From Vitrella brassicaformis CCMP3155 (Eukaryota > Protista > Chromerida), in assembly GCA_001179505.1 (NCBI GenBank), contig CDMY01000298.1, positions 1 through 64,000 on the forward strand: a stretch of 64,000 bases of DNA. The letters are read 5' to 3'. Each line of letters begins with the position of its first letter. Position 1 is the first letter of the stretch. The translations under genes and the position numbers were made by a program. Shown piece by piece: positions 1-11,728 of the stretch. Below the pieces are notes generated by a model, which saw only the letters and a program-made list of their open reading frames with translations, was not told where the DNA came from and made no database searches.

Positions 1-328
1 TACTTGGATGTACATGTGCAAGCATGCACTTTATTTTTCTCAATCAATCCATTACTCATTTGACGAATTGTGTCAGGGCCTCGTCCCATCGCATCAAAAA
101 CACTTCCAGCTCTTCTCTCGTTGCACCTGGATGAGATTACACACCCACATGGAGAATCCATAGGTCTCATCTTAGCACGTCCATGTCTCAGCGAATAGTC
201 AATGTGCAGAGATGGTTTGCCCACCATCGAAGAGCTAATTGATGCAGTAAATGATAATGTCATCAGCATGAGGATGCGATGAGTCGTCTTGTCAAATGAG
301 GATGAAAGGGAAATGTTGTCAGTATATC
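1..328 (-). pseudogene. AT-richer degenerate coding relic, probably a transposon remnant
   Basis: One minus frame reads protein-like (..HPGATREELEVFLMRWDEALTQFVK..) but is broken by several stops, mostly TGA; adjacent to a retroelement cluster. No family recognised. Confidence 0.3.
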
Positions 329-1320
329 TTACCAAGCGGTCGCGAGGCGGTAGGTGTAGTTGTTCAGGCACTTGCGCTTGTCACCTCGGGTGTAGGCGGG
401 GATAGCTGATAGCCAGCCCGACAACAGAGGCCCCAGGCAGGTGAGAAGGCGGCATCGGTAACGACTGCCAGCCGGAGAGGACTCGAACAGGGTGTTGAAG
501 TCCTTCTCTGCGAGGGCCTCTGAGAGCTTCTGCTGCAGTCGGGCTTGCGGGCGGGTGATGAGCTGCTGGATGGGAGGGATGGCGACAAAGGGGAGAGATG
601 CAGAGAAGCCGGTGCGGGCGGATGCTGCCGGGACGAGCCATTCCAGCTGGAGAAGAGAGGTTTCTGACTCGGGCATCCAGGGTTGCTCATGAAAATGGTC
701 CTACACATCCCCCACAGTGACAGCTACCGATCCCAGATAAGCAGCCGGTGCGACGCGGGCAGACGACATCAGCCCGAAGTCCCCCAGCCGAATAGAGAGC
801 TGCACCTGCCGGTGTGCCGGATTAGACAAGGCGCCCGTGCGGTGGATTCGGGTGAAGGCCGTGATCTTCGCAGCATCGTGTACACGGGCGGCTACCAAGA
901 GGGAAGACGAGGGGGCAAGAAGGCGACACCAGTAGATGAAGTGCGGAGACCCGCAATAGCGAAGCAGCAGGTTCGCCCCCTGCACCGCGTGGTCCCAATC
1001 GTCGACAGCAAAGGCCACCACGCCGTCGAGGAGGCGCTGGTGGCTGGCGACGACTTCGTTGATGGTGCGCTCGACGAAAGCCGGAGTGCCGATGGGGGCG
1101 GAGAGGAGGATAATCCTTCGGTGGACGCGCGCGCACCTCGACTAATGATGGCGGTCGGCAGGTCGACGGGTGAGCGCCAACGCGGGGACCAAGCATGGCA
1201 CTTGTCGAGCCGCAGCACCAGACACGAAGAAGGCTCATGAAGACGCTCAGGCAGCCGCATCCAACAATGTCGGAGGTGCAAGGTAAGACCATCACCAGTA
1301 CGTCGCTGCATGGAAGACTG
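329..1320 (-). mobile_element. Degenerate CRE/SLACS-like non-LTR retrotransposon (late RT and post-RT region), multiple frameshifts
   Basis: Motifs spread over different minus frames: LRLDKCHAWSP; QGANLLLRYCGSP; RQVQLSIRLGDFGLMSSARVAPAAYLGS (cf. CRE-type QLPxRxGGLGLRSAxxxAxAAYLAS); RLLTCLGPLLSGWLSAIP (cf. RLxSxxGPxAGAWLxAIP). Confidence 0.7.
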
Positions 1321-1327
1321 CAACTAG

Positions 1328-1636
1328 CTTCCTGACGACGTCGGGGTATTCAAGCTCCTCAAAGAATACCCAGCATATTACGACCGGGCTGTCAAGGACC
1401 TCAGGGAGCAACACCTTCAGGTCATTGACTCGAACATCCCCAAGGCTGGCCGAGGCCTTATATCTCTTTTACCACTACGCGCATGTGACTCATTCCGAGG
1501 CATTAAGGGCGTTCTTCTGCCTGGCAACTTGAGCAGCTGGGTTATCCATGAGAAATGTCTTGAGTATCTGAAACGGGACCACAAAGAGCGATGGGGCCAG
1601 CCGACGACGTCGTACACGGTTCGGTTCGGTAGTTAG
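1328..1636 (+). other. Stop-free ~100-codon fragment resembling the N-terminal half of a SET domain
   Basis: Manual translation LQVIDSNIPKAGRGLISLLPLRACDSFRGIKGVLL...SYTVRF resembles the SET entry motif SxIPxAGxGLFA; no ATG and no C-terminal NHSC motif. Confidence 0.3.
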
Positions 1637-1710
1637 TTAACGGACACCGAAGTCCCGGCCCCCGAGGGCAGATGCTGTGTCCAACTAAGCGTCTGTCAGA
1701 CAGAGGAAAC

Positions 1711-3250
1711 TTATGAAGGTGAGGAATGCAAAGAAAGCCATCGCTTGCGAGAAGCCACGACCATCAAGAGAAACTGAGCCAACGCACGTTGCACAAGGAG
1801 AAAGCGCGAAGTGAGCAATGACCATGCAAACACCAAGGGATCACAATGGGCGAGATCCCACCAAAAATAGACAACACCATCCGGTGCAGTCAAGCCATAC
1901 ATGCGAACAACACGAAAGACTTCCCTCCGCGGAACACGATAGAGTGGGCAATAGAAAAGCACATGCAACTCATCCTCAACCGGCGGCACAAGCCATGGCA
2001 TGGGCCAGCTGGCGGGAGAGCAAGTAGCAGCGCAGAATGGGCAGAAACGCAATAGACGAGGCCGATCACTCAGCCGGCCATCAGTGACAGCACAAGTATA
2101 GGTGCCCGTGCGAAATGAGAACAGCACACGGCGCTCAGCAGAGGGAAGAGAAAAATAACATGGGAAAGTGGACAGGGGGTGCATACGATGATGAAGCCAA
2201 TCCTGGCCTGATTCGAGGATAAAATCATGGAGGAAGGCAGGCACATATGCGGGCATAGAAACAAGGGAACTACGATCACGGTAGCAACGCGGTGTATGAT
2301 GAGAGGTAAAAACGTGACGAGCCACCGGGAATGTGTGAGGGAAGTGATGATTGAAGAAGGCTGAGGCAGTGAAAAGGCATTGCCGTGCAAGTAAGAGGAC
2401 ACGACTGCGAGTAGTAGTCGTAGTGTAACCCCGCCATGGCAACAGACAGAGAGGCAGTGGAGCAAGGGAGAGAGGTGAAGGAAGAGAAGGCGCATCACGC
2501 AAAATTGCATGGTTGGTGCGAATGGACGTGTCCCATCGTGTAGCAAGTGTGTCAGAGTAGTACGCCTTTGTAAGGCCGACGTAAATATCACGCAACACAG
2601 CGTCACTAATGGGACCCACTTGAAATAAGAGTGCGATGACCAACATAGCTAAGCAAGGCTGCAAAGCGAGCATACATGTTGTGATGCTGTCGGTATACGT
2701 ACGTGTGATCTGCCTGCATATTCCTGAACTGGTTGGTCGATGTGTATGCTGCCTGGGCCTCCAAAAGGGCCTTTTGTGCCAAAGGCCCACAACGGCCATT
2801 CCACACACGACACAAAAACCCAAGCTGCCTGCGACGCGTTTCGTACGTGACAGAGAAGCGGCCGGCCTCACTCAACAAAGCATCATTGCTAACATGAGAC
2901 GACGCATGCATGGCACGGAGCAAGAAACGACGATGCAGGTTGTCTAACTCCCGGCATGGCATGCCCGCCCAAAACTCGCAGCCATACAGATAGACAGACG
3001 ACACAGTCGCATCATAGACAAGGAAGAGGGTAAAGGGGTCGAGACGAGGCAGGTGTTGGAGGTGATGAAGGAAGATGCGCAGTGCAGTCGCTCCATTACC
3101 ACTCATCACCTGCAAATGATACTCCCAACCCATCGTCTCATGGAACCACACACCTAAGTACCGAAATTGAGTGCTGCGAGGGAGAATAGTAGTGGGCGAG
3201 CGCGTACACGTTCTATGCGTTTGTGATGATCGAGGAGGGGACGGATCCAA
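1711..3250 (-). mobile_element. 5'-truncated LINE-type non-LTR retrotransposon ORF2 (RT thumb plus C-terminal CCHC), one frameshift near 2630
   Basis: FRYLGVWF and VYLYGCEFW in ORF 2606..3250; continues in frame 1711..2871 ending RFCPFC...VEDELHVLFYCPLY. Confidence 0.85.
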
Positions 3251-3273
3251 GATTTTAACATGGTGCGTTTCTA

Positions 3274-3406
3274 GAAGTCAAACAGAGAACACGTCACATA
3301 CTGGTGCGATATCACTTTGTGCGTGACCTGGTCCTGAAGGGACAGCTCTGCGTCCACTGGATTGCGTCGAGCGAGAACACTGCTGATATCTTCACGAAAG
3401 GCCTCG
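3274..3406 (+). mobile_element. Ty1/copia RNase H C-terminal fragment, copy 1 (runs into the gap)
   Basis: KQRTRHILVRYHFVRDLVLKGQLCVHWIASSENTADIFTKGL, the canonical copia RNase H end. Confidence 0.85.
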
Positions 3407-3706
3407 NNNNNNNNNNNNNNNNNNNNNNNNNNNNNNNNNNNNNNNNNNNNNNNNNNNNNNNNNNNNNNNNNNNNNNNNNNNNNNNNNNNNNNNNNNNNNN
3501 NNNNNNNNNNNNNNNNNNNNNNNNNNNNNNNNNNNNNNNNNNNNNNNNNNNNNNNNNNNNNNNNNNNNNNNNNNNNNNNNNNNNNNNNNNNNNNNNNNNN
3601 NNNNNNNNNNNNNNNNNNNNNNNNNNNNNNNNNNNNNNNNNNNNNNNNNNNNNNNNNNNNNNNNNNNNNNNNNNNNNNNNNNNNNNNNNNNNNNNNNNNN
3701 NNNNNN
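3407..3706. other. Assembly gap (300 N)
   Basis: Run of N. Confidence 0.99.
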
Positions 3707-4261
3707 GGAAACCTTGTGTCGTGGAGGAGCCGCAATCAGACCCTGGTTGCTCTGAGTACCTGTGAAGCAGAGTACATCGCTCTGAATGAGTGCGCCAGAG
3801 ATCTGGTGTTTGTCAGGCAACTAGCTGACTTCTTTCGCCTACCTGTGCAGCGAGCGAAGCTCATCACAGACAACAGAGGCGCTGGGTCGGTCTCCTACAA
3901 CGAGGAAGCCAAGCAGAGAACACGTCACATATTGGTGCGATATCACTTTGTGCGTGATCTGGTCCTGAAAGGACAGCTCTGCGTCCACTGGATTGCTTCG
4001 AGCGAGAATACTGCTGACATCTTCACGAAGGGCCTCGACGAGGCGCAGCACGCTCATTTGAGGATGAAGCTCCTCAACAATCCTGTGTTCGACGACGAAG
4101 GGACACCGATGGTGCCCGACGAGCCACACGACAAGGTGCTGATGGCGCCCGATCGGTCACACAGCGCAAACACAGACTCACACGCCGCTGAATGCGCCCT
4201 GTGCTGCTTTCTGCGTTATGGTTCTGTCTGCTGAATGCGGATACCTGTTTGAGAGGGGGAG
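3707..4261 (+). mobile_element. Ty1/copia RNase H domain, copy 2, with candidate polypurine tract
   Basis: GNLVSWRSRNQTLVALSTCEAEYIAL...TDN..A...RTRHI.VRYHFVRD...ADIFTKGL; purine run GAGAGGGGGAG at 4251-4261 downstream of the ORF. Confidence 0.9.
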
Positions 4262-4639
4262 ATCGCTGTAATGCGACGCAAGGACAGCACAGTGCGAGAG
4301 GGGGTGTCAGAGGCTGCGTGTGTTGGGGTAGATCCCGCCGTGTAATGCCACTGCATGCTGAGAACCCTGAGCACTCCGAACTGTCCCTCCTTCTCGTGAA
4401 CCGTCCCTCTGGCTCATCTGTTGCCTTAACGGGCAACGACAGCGATCCTCTACAGCCACTCTCATCTACCGACAGGATTCATAACTCGCGTCGGGGGCGC
4501 AGTGAAGCAGGAGAATGAAAGGCAAGATGAGTCAGATCTTGAATGCCATGGTGTCAGTTGCCTCGCTGGACCGAAACAGTGTTTTCTCGCATACAGCGGC
4601 ATCGCTTCATCCCCCCCCTCTTCTCGGAACGATCGCTCT

Positions 4640-4649
4640 CTGCGAGCTT
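4640..4649 (-). promoter_or_regulatory. AAGCTCGCAG candidate promoter motif, ~200 bp upstream of RXT3
   Basis: CTGCGAGCTT on +; the same 10-mer recurs in other promoter intervals. Confidence 0.4.
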
Positions 4650-4851
4650 GGCGTTAAACAGCCTGGCATGAATCCATGAGGGAACGTCGATGTCTTTCAT
4701 TCGCTCATAGACAGCGAGAAGCATGCTTCGTGAGCCTCTCTCACCCCCTCTCTGACGCGCTCTCTCACCCCAGTGAGGAGACCACCTCCATCGCACCCCC
4801 AATCCCCAGCACGGCGTGATCCCTTCGGTGCGAGCCTCATCCAAGATCCCG

Positions 4852-7560
4852 ATGGCATCCAACATGGACGGGGCAGCGCCACTCGAGGCCGACATCAAGG
4901 CCGCAGCGGGCAACAACAAGCGAGCACGAGCCGAGGGCGACGGTGCCGAGCCAGCCAAGAAGGCAAAAGGAGAGCCACCAGCGGCAGCAGCTGCCTCTGC
5001 TGGCAACAGTGCTGCTGCAGCATCGGCGCCGCAGCCATCTCAGCTTAAGCGTGACGACTTCGAGCGGCTGATGTATGGCGACAACAACGGCAACAATGGC
5101 GGCGAGTCGATGGTGAAGACCAAGGGTGCGGACGAGGCGAATGTCAACGGGAGTGTGGCCGAGAGGGATCTGGAGAGCCGCGCCGACATGGATGTCGACG
5201 AGATGGAGGAGGGAGACGACGAGGGGCGGGGCATCCGGCGGCGGGAGGTCAAGGCAGTCGACCAGAGGGCCGGCAAGAAGCCTACCAGGGGCGCCAAGGA
5301 CGCCACCACACCCGCCGAAATTCCGCCCTACTACCCTGACGAGGCGGAGGAGTGCGTTCAGACCTTCCTATACAAACCAAGTGAGCACCAACACAAACCG
5401 ACGAAAGGCAGGCCACCAATCCATCACGGCATGTCTGTCTGTCTGTCTGTCTTGCTCTGTCTGTGTGTGTCAGATGTGCCTTTGCCGGATCTGAATCCCT
5501 ACATGGGTCAGATCATCGAGGTGCGCGTGCCGGTGGACCACCTCTCCCTCAACAACCCCGCATACCAGAACCGCCAGCTGTGGGGATGCGATTACTACAC
5601 GTCCGACAGCGACATCGTCTGCATGCTGCACCACGCCGGCTTCAAGCGACTGCAGGCTGACCCCTCCAAGGAAAAGATCGCCGGTTAGACAGAGGAGGGA
5701 GTCGGGGAGAGGGAAGACCGCCTCTCACATGTATGTTCCTCTATATTTGTGTGTCTGTTCAGGTGTGTCGGTGTATCTGAAGGTGACCAAGGGACGCACG
5801 ACGTACTCGCAGGCCACCCGCAACGGCCTCAGATCACGCAAGTGGCCATCAGAACACTGTAGGCCGACAGCCGACACACCGAGAAAAGACACGCAGAGCG
5901 AGGGGCAGATGCATCCGTGTGTGTCTGTGGTGCAGCTCACACGTTGCGTATTGTTCGCGTTGACGATTTGTTGGACCAGCTGGGCACTGAGGAGGAAATC
6001 GAAATGATGACACTCAGGTACACACCAGACCCACCCTCCGCCCTCTCTTTGCCGCCTCCCCTCACTGTGGTGTCTGTGGGTGTCTGCAGGCTTCCATCTG
6101 CGTGCAAGTCGCGCAAGCCGAGGGTGCGCAGTTCGAATGTGCGGTATTTATCGGACATCGTCATCGCATTCAACCTCTGCAATGAGCCCTGCAGCAAGGT
6201 GGGTGCGTCAGACAGACAGACAGACAGACAGGGCAGGGCTGGCAGGCAGGCCACAGGAGGGGGAGGGATAGGCGTGATGCATTAACCCTCCATCGAGGTT
6301 CTGAAATATCGTGTGGAAAAACCCATCACCATCTTTCGACTGACCATCCACCCATCCGCCGAGGGACATGTGTGCCGTGCCTGTGCTGACCGTTCCAACA
6401 TGGATGCATTCATTAAATTCTCTCGTCTGCCTGTGTCTGTGTGTGTCTGTCAGTATTCGTTGAGTGAGGTGTGCGACCGCGGGCTGGAGGTGTCGCAGTG
6501 GACGACCTACAGACTCACCAAAGAGGTACACATGGACACACACACAACACACAGCCACTCTCCCTGTCCCTCACACCCATCTCCACATACAAGTATGGTG
6601 TGTCTTTCCTCTCATCCATCCTCCCATCCATCAGGTGATGTATTTGGAGACCGAGACGGAGCGCTATGAGTTGTGTCAGGAGGGGCCGAAGAGCGCCCCA
6701 CTTCCAGAGGACTTCGACGCACAGGCGGCAGCCGGAGGGCATCCTGGCGTGCCGGTCAAGATGGAGCCCAAGGAGGAGAACAAGCCGCCCCCCCACGTGT
6801 CGGCCATCAAGTTCAAGACTTACCGGTGGGCAATATCGACAGGAAGTCTTATCTATGGTTGTGCATCGTTCGTGTGTGCGTGTTAATGCTTGCAGGTGGA
6901 GTCGCGTCAAGAGCCCCCGCAGCCTCACGCGTGAGGAGATGATGATGACGACCGTGCCCCTCCCGGCAGAACGAGTAACCCACCACAACTCACTCGACAC
7001 GACACACAGGCACACCACTCACGTCATCCATCCACCTCTTTCTGCAGCTGGAGCTGCTCAATCGCGGGCTCGACTGGACCGACATCGCCTTCGGCCGCGA
7101 CTGCATCCAGGTCGACGGCAAGGTCTACTCGGGCCTCCTGCGGGTGCAGTTCTACCCCATCCACGAGACGGCCCAACTGCCCAAGACGCGCCCCATGCCG
7201 CCAGCAGGCCTCAACAAGGACGACCGCGGCATGTGGGTGCTGCTGCAGGCCTTGGAGGACCAGGCCATGGAGGAGGCTGCCATCACGCAGAAGAACCTGA
7301 GTGCCGGGCGGGCCAGCGGGCAGCGCAGTGGTGAGGGCATGGAGGTGCCCGTGATCAAGGAGGAGGAAGAGCTGCGACATGAGGAGATGGAGAGGGAGAA
7401 GCGAAAGAGAGCTGGTGAGTCGACAGCGAGGGGAGGAGAGCGACCTTTGCAATTTCGTGTGGTTGGCCATGGTGGTGTCTCTCTCTGGGTGTGTGTGACT
7501 GAACTGTCAGTTGGGCTGCTTGCCGCTGGGGCTGGAGATGACCCCATGAATGGACCATAA
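4852..7560 (+). CDS. RXT3: RXT3-like histone deacetylase complex subunit (multi-exon)
   Basis: IIEVRVP...NRQLWGCDYYTSDSDIVCMLHHAG; YSQATRNGLRSRKW; FNLCNEP..YSLSEVCDRG...MYLETETERYEL match the Rxt3 domain and plant RXT3-like C-terminal motifs; last exon approximate. Confidence 0.8.
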
Positions 7561-7844
7561 GCTTATGATGAAGATGGACCGGACGGTCTGTTTTCTAGAG
7601 AGAGGTGCTGGTGCTGCTTGCGTGGAGAGAGAGAGAGGGAGAGACAGAAAACTGTGAGAGCAGCAGAGAGCTGCACCCGTGCCTACGTGGCTGACTTTTC
7701 AACACATAACACGCGAACGCTGGTAACCTTTCGGCACAAGCAGGGGCTTGGCTTCGTAGCAGGGTTTCAAGAGAAGGGTTCCAAACCCTTGTCCATGACC
7801 TTCGCAAGAGAAAACAGAAAATTGAGGAGGAAGGGCGTGAGTGG

Positions 7845-9134
7845 ATGCATCATGGAGGGCAGAGCCTTGGGCAAAGCTTGGCCGTCCGCCTGTGTGCTGC
7901 AGACCTGGCTCTCTTCGACGGATACCGATGGACCACACGCCTCAGCCCAAGGACCCACGCCCCATCTCGTAAGGACAATGCAATGCACATAGGTTGACAC
8001 ATCTGTCCCTCTCTCTATTGCCGTTTCTTCCCTGCAGTGGTGAGGGCTGAGGCAGCGATAGGCCGCTTTATTATTCAGGAGGCCTATCAGCTGGCGCTGC
8101 CCAAAGGCTTTGTCGTCCTCCATCGCAACAGCAGCCCGCTCAATGCATGCCTCTCGAACCTGGAAATCGGCACACTTCAGCTCATGGCGACTTACGCCCT
8201 GCTCGACAGACGGAAGAGCTCAAGGCGAGACCACCAGGCCGAGTTCTTCCGCATCCAATCTGAGCTCAACACGCTGCTCGAAGCGGCCGGCTGGGGCAGC
8301 TACGTCAGGCAGCATCCTCTCTATCCCTCTGCTGCCGACGGTCGCCCTCATTGTTTCATGCCCCACCGCTATCATGGGTTCAGCCGTCATGGATGGCCGC
8401 CGTGGCCCATCTGTGTGAGTCCGCAGCATGCATGGGTGGAGAAGTGGGTGTCGTGGTGCCTCAAGAACGAGGAGGGGCGGTTCAGGGTGAAGGGGGACCT
8501 CAGCCTCAGTCGCATGATCATGCAGCGGATGATCGATGGGCCTATTCCAAAGTGCATTTCCATCGGCGGGAGGGAGGAGAAGATCGTGGTTGATCACATT
8601 AACGGTGACCCTCTGGACAACAGACGCAGCAACCTGCGGCTTGCGACATCGCAGCTCAACTCTCTCTATGCAAGACGGCCACCTGCAGGGAAAAGACGGC
8701 CGTCTGGGGGTGGCCGTCTTGCAGACCCGAGGGACGATCAAGGCAGAGCGATTGGTGGTGGAGCCGAAGGGATCGCCCGGCCGGTGTACGCCGTCGTGGA
8801 CACAGCAGAAGACCACCACACTCATGACAGCTGCAATGATAACAATGACGGTGCTGCCCTGTCTTGCCGTGATGTGGATGGCTCTCTGCCAGTGGGCATC
8901 CGCTACTCCGAAGAGCGGGAGAAGAAATACTGCGCCGCCCTGACAATCAAGGGCAGAAGAGTTCTCAATCGGTGCTACCCCTCTTACGAGCTCGCGGAAG
9001 CTGCTCTCAGGCAGGTCAAGAGCGCGGCTATTGGGCGACTGGAGGAGCGTTTCAGGCGTGCGCTGGTGGAGGCTGGGTGGGGGCATCTTGTGCAGTGGAC
9101 TTATGCTGATCGAGAAGGGAATGGGAAATGTTGA
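7845..9134 (+). CDS. HNH endonuclease-AP2 domain protein (two HNH_3-like modules plus one AP2), one intron 7969-8037
   Basis: VVDHINGDPLDNRRSNLRLATSQLN (8583-8660); AP2-like GIRYSEEREKKYCAALTIKGRRVLNRCYPSYELAEAALRQ (~8886-9020); degenerate first HNH VVLHRNSSPLNACLSNLEIGT (~8109-8175); the GTAAGG..CTGCAG intron keeps the frame from ATG 7845. Confidence 0.8.
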
Positions 9135-9440
9135 TGTGTTGATGTGGATGTGGGCGCTTGTGTAGATAGATGAACAAACTGAATGCGCTCTTGTGTGTGA
9201 GTGTGAGAGTGTGTGTGGCATGAGGGAAGGGATTCGGTGATCGGATCAACAAAGCTAACAAATGATAGCCTTACAGAGCCAGCCCACAGACATCGGCCAA
9301 TCCGTCTCCATCGACACACCCACCACACCCACCCACGCAACAGCCGATAGACAAAAATCTCCCCCAACCCACCCGAGACAAACATTCGAAAGAGGCAAGA
9401 CACATACATACACCAGGCAGACGCCCATCCATCATTTAGA

Positions 9441-11451
9441 TCATTGAGTTGACGGCACGTAGTAGTTGAATGTGTCGCGTTCGGGGTTAGATCGCTGCGC
9501 GTTCGCACGTGACGTCTCGTTGTACTTGTTGGCCAGCCTCGCCTTCTCCTCAAGGTCTTCATCGAACAGCCACATCCGGGCCATCCACAACCGATCTGAC
9601 ACGCCCTGGCTCATGTAAAGAACACCTGACACACACACCACACCAGCACATTGCACCACATGGCAGGTGAGAGAAGGGTGCCATGCATCCGTGCGTGGCT
9701 GTGCGTGCGTTGTTCTTGTCTCCTCTCACCGTCGCGAACGAGCGAGGGGAATTCGAGCCAGAAGGCGACGTTTGGGATCATGTCGATGCCTCTCGCGTTG
9801 TGCCGCTCCTGCTTGAGGTAGATGCCGATCGACACGTACAAGGCGGCAGCAACCAACACACATATCAGCAAAAAGGTCGCCTGCACACACACACACACAC
9901 ACATCCACAACACACACACAATCTCATCCCGCTCCCTGCTTCATTGTGTCTGACTGTCTTGCTGACCGGTCCCAGCCGCCTCCTGCCCGAGTGCGGTGTG
10001 ACGTGGTGGTGGCTGTGATGCCCGTGGTGCTCGCCATGGTGCCGGAAGTACCCATGAGACGGGTGCATGGCGTGGTGGTGGTGATAGGGGTGGTGCGACT
10101 CCCCAGTGGCGATGTACGACTCCTCCCCTGGCGCCACGCCATGGACCATGTGGAGGTTGGGGTGGTGCCCATGGTGGGGCTGATGCTGATGGTGGGCATG
10201 CTGGTCGCCCTCCAGATGAGCCACAGCCATGTGCGGGGACCCCTCGTGGTGGGCGTGATGGCCTTCTTCGAGTCTTCTCTCTATGTGGTGGTGCTGCGGC
10301 ATGGTGTGGGGATGGTGTGGGTGGTGGGGGCCGTGGGGGTGCTGGTTGACGTTGTAAGCGTAGTAGAAGGGCTGCTGGGTGGTGGGCTGATAGCTGAGGA
10401 TGGTCTGATAATCGGCGTCAGTCAGCTGATGGCCGGGAAGGAAGATCAGCGGACACCTGAACCACACACACACACAGATCTCTGTGTGTATGTGGTGGTA
10501 TATGTTTGATCTCACCCGGCAGGTCCCCTCAGTTCGAATGTGTAGTGTGCCGATCCTCGACCATCCACTGCGTCGAAGAGGCCCTCAGGCCGCGAGGGGT
10601 CACACTTGAAGTGAATCGACACTCGGTGGTGTTCGCTGGTGTGCTGGTAGGGATCGCCATCGAAGTACGTCTGAACGAGTACCGACACATATGGACGTAC
10701 AGAATGGGCGTTGCCGTGGATGGACACTTTTCTGTGGTTGATTAACTGACTGACTGACTGACTGACCAGTTCCAGCCCTCTGGTGGCCATGTAGTGGTCG
10801 ATTGGCCGCAGATCCATGTGCCCGACATGCCCCAGCAGCCGGCAACCTGCACACACAGATGGATGAATGGAATGGACAATACACTCACTCCACACACTCG
10901 ACACACTCTGCGGCCGACTGCCTCTTCCTTCCATCTCACCGACCGTGAAATCCGGCAGTGTTGGTCTTGGACTCCATCGCTGGTGTGGCCATGCCGTCAC
11001 ACGCCTCATTGAGGTCACGGAACACAGCAAAGCGGTAGCAAAAGGTCTCAGTGGCGTTGCCGGCCATGCACCGCTCGAACTCCCCGGCCCTCTCGACGCC
11101 ACACAGATTCCCTGCAGGCACCAACACAACAGAAACACACACTCGCCTGGCGTCGTCTGCTTGTCCCTCCCTCCCTCTATCCCTGTCTACAAACTTACAC
11201 GTGTAGTGGTTGAATGGCGACGACCATTCCACGATGCATGGGTGCTTGCCGTTCCTCACAGCCGGTGCCTCGAGCTTCTTCAGGTAGGCCTCGTGCTCGG
11301 GGATGCCGTGTTGGAGGTAGTGGGGCTGCTGGCTGTCGTGGTGATGCTCACTCGTGTGCCACGATGAGAGATCACCCGCTTCGTTCGCCAGAGATGCGAC
11401 GGACGCGATGGCGACCAACGTCAGGCCTAGAAGAGCCTTCATCTTCTGCAT
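9441..11451 (-). CDS. Type I membrane protein of the M6PR/ATG27 (MRH domain) family with a His-rich juxtamembrane insert
   Basis: Signal peptide MKALLGLTLVAIASVASLA; Cys-containing lumenal region with HRVSIHFKCDP and HYTFELRGPAG; TM FLLICVLVAAALYVSIGIYL followed by RGIDMIPNVAFWLEFPSLVRDG, typical of CD-MPR/ATG27 tails. Confidence 0.7.
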
Positions 11452-11728
11452 TTAACACCCTCGTGCGATGCGACCTCAAGGCGAGCTTGAAGTCGATTCA
11501 TTCTTCCACACCTGATGCAGCGTGCTGCGCAGATGCCAGTGAAAGTGCCGTAGAGAGGAGACTGCAAACCGTCCGCACAATGAGTGGTGATCTTTGCCGA
11601 CGCCAGGAGGAGCGCCGCAACTGACGGTGGAGGCGGCGCGACCTGCCTGCCTATCCATCCATTTCCATCAGCACACATCCATCCATCAGCTGCTGTTGTT
11701 GCGAGTGCGTGAGTGAGTGCGTGTGGTG

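Noticed and set aside
4262-4560. Possible copia 3' LTR (TGTAATG.. after the PPT) and PBS-like TGGTGTCAG at ~4549
   Set aside because: No second LTR is available to compare, the PPT-TG spacing is off, and a PBS would not be expected after a 3' LTR.
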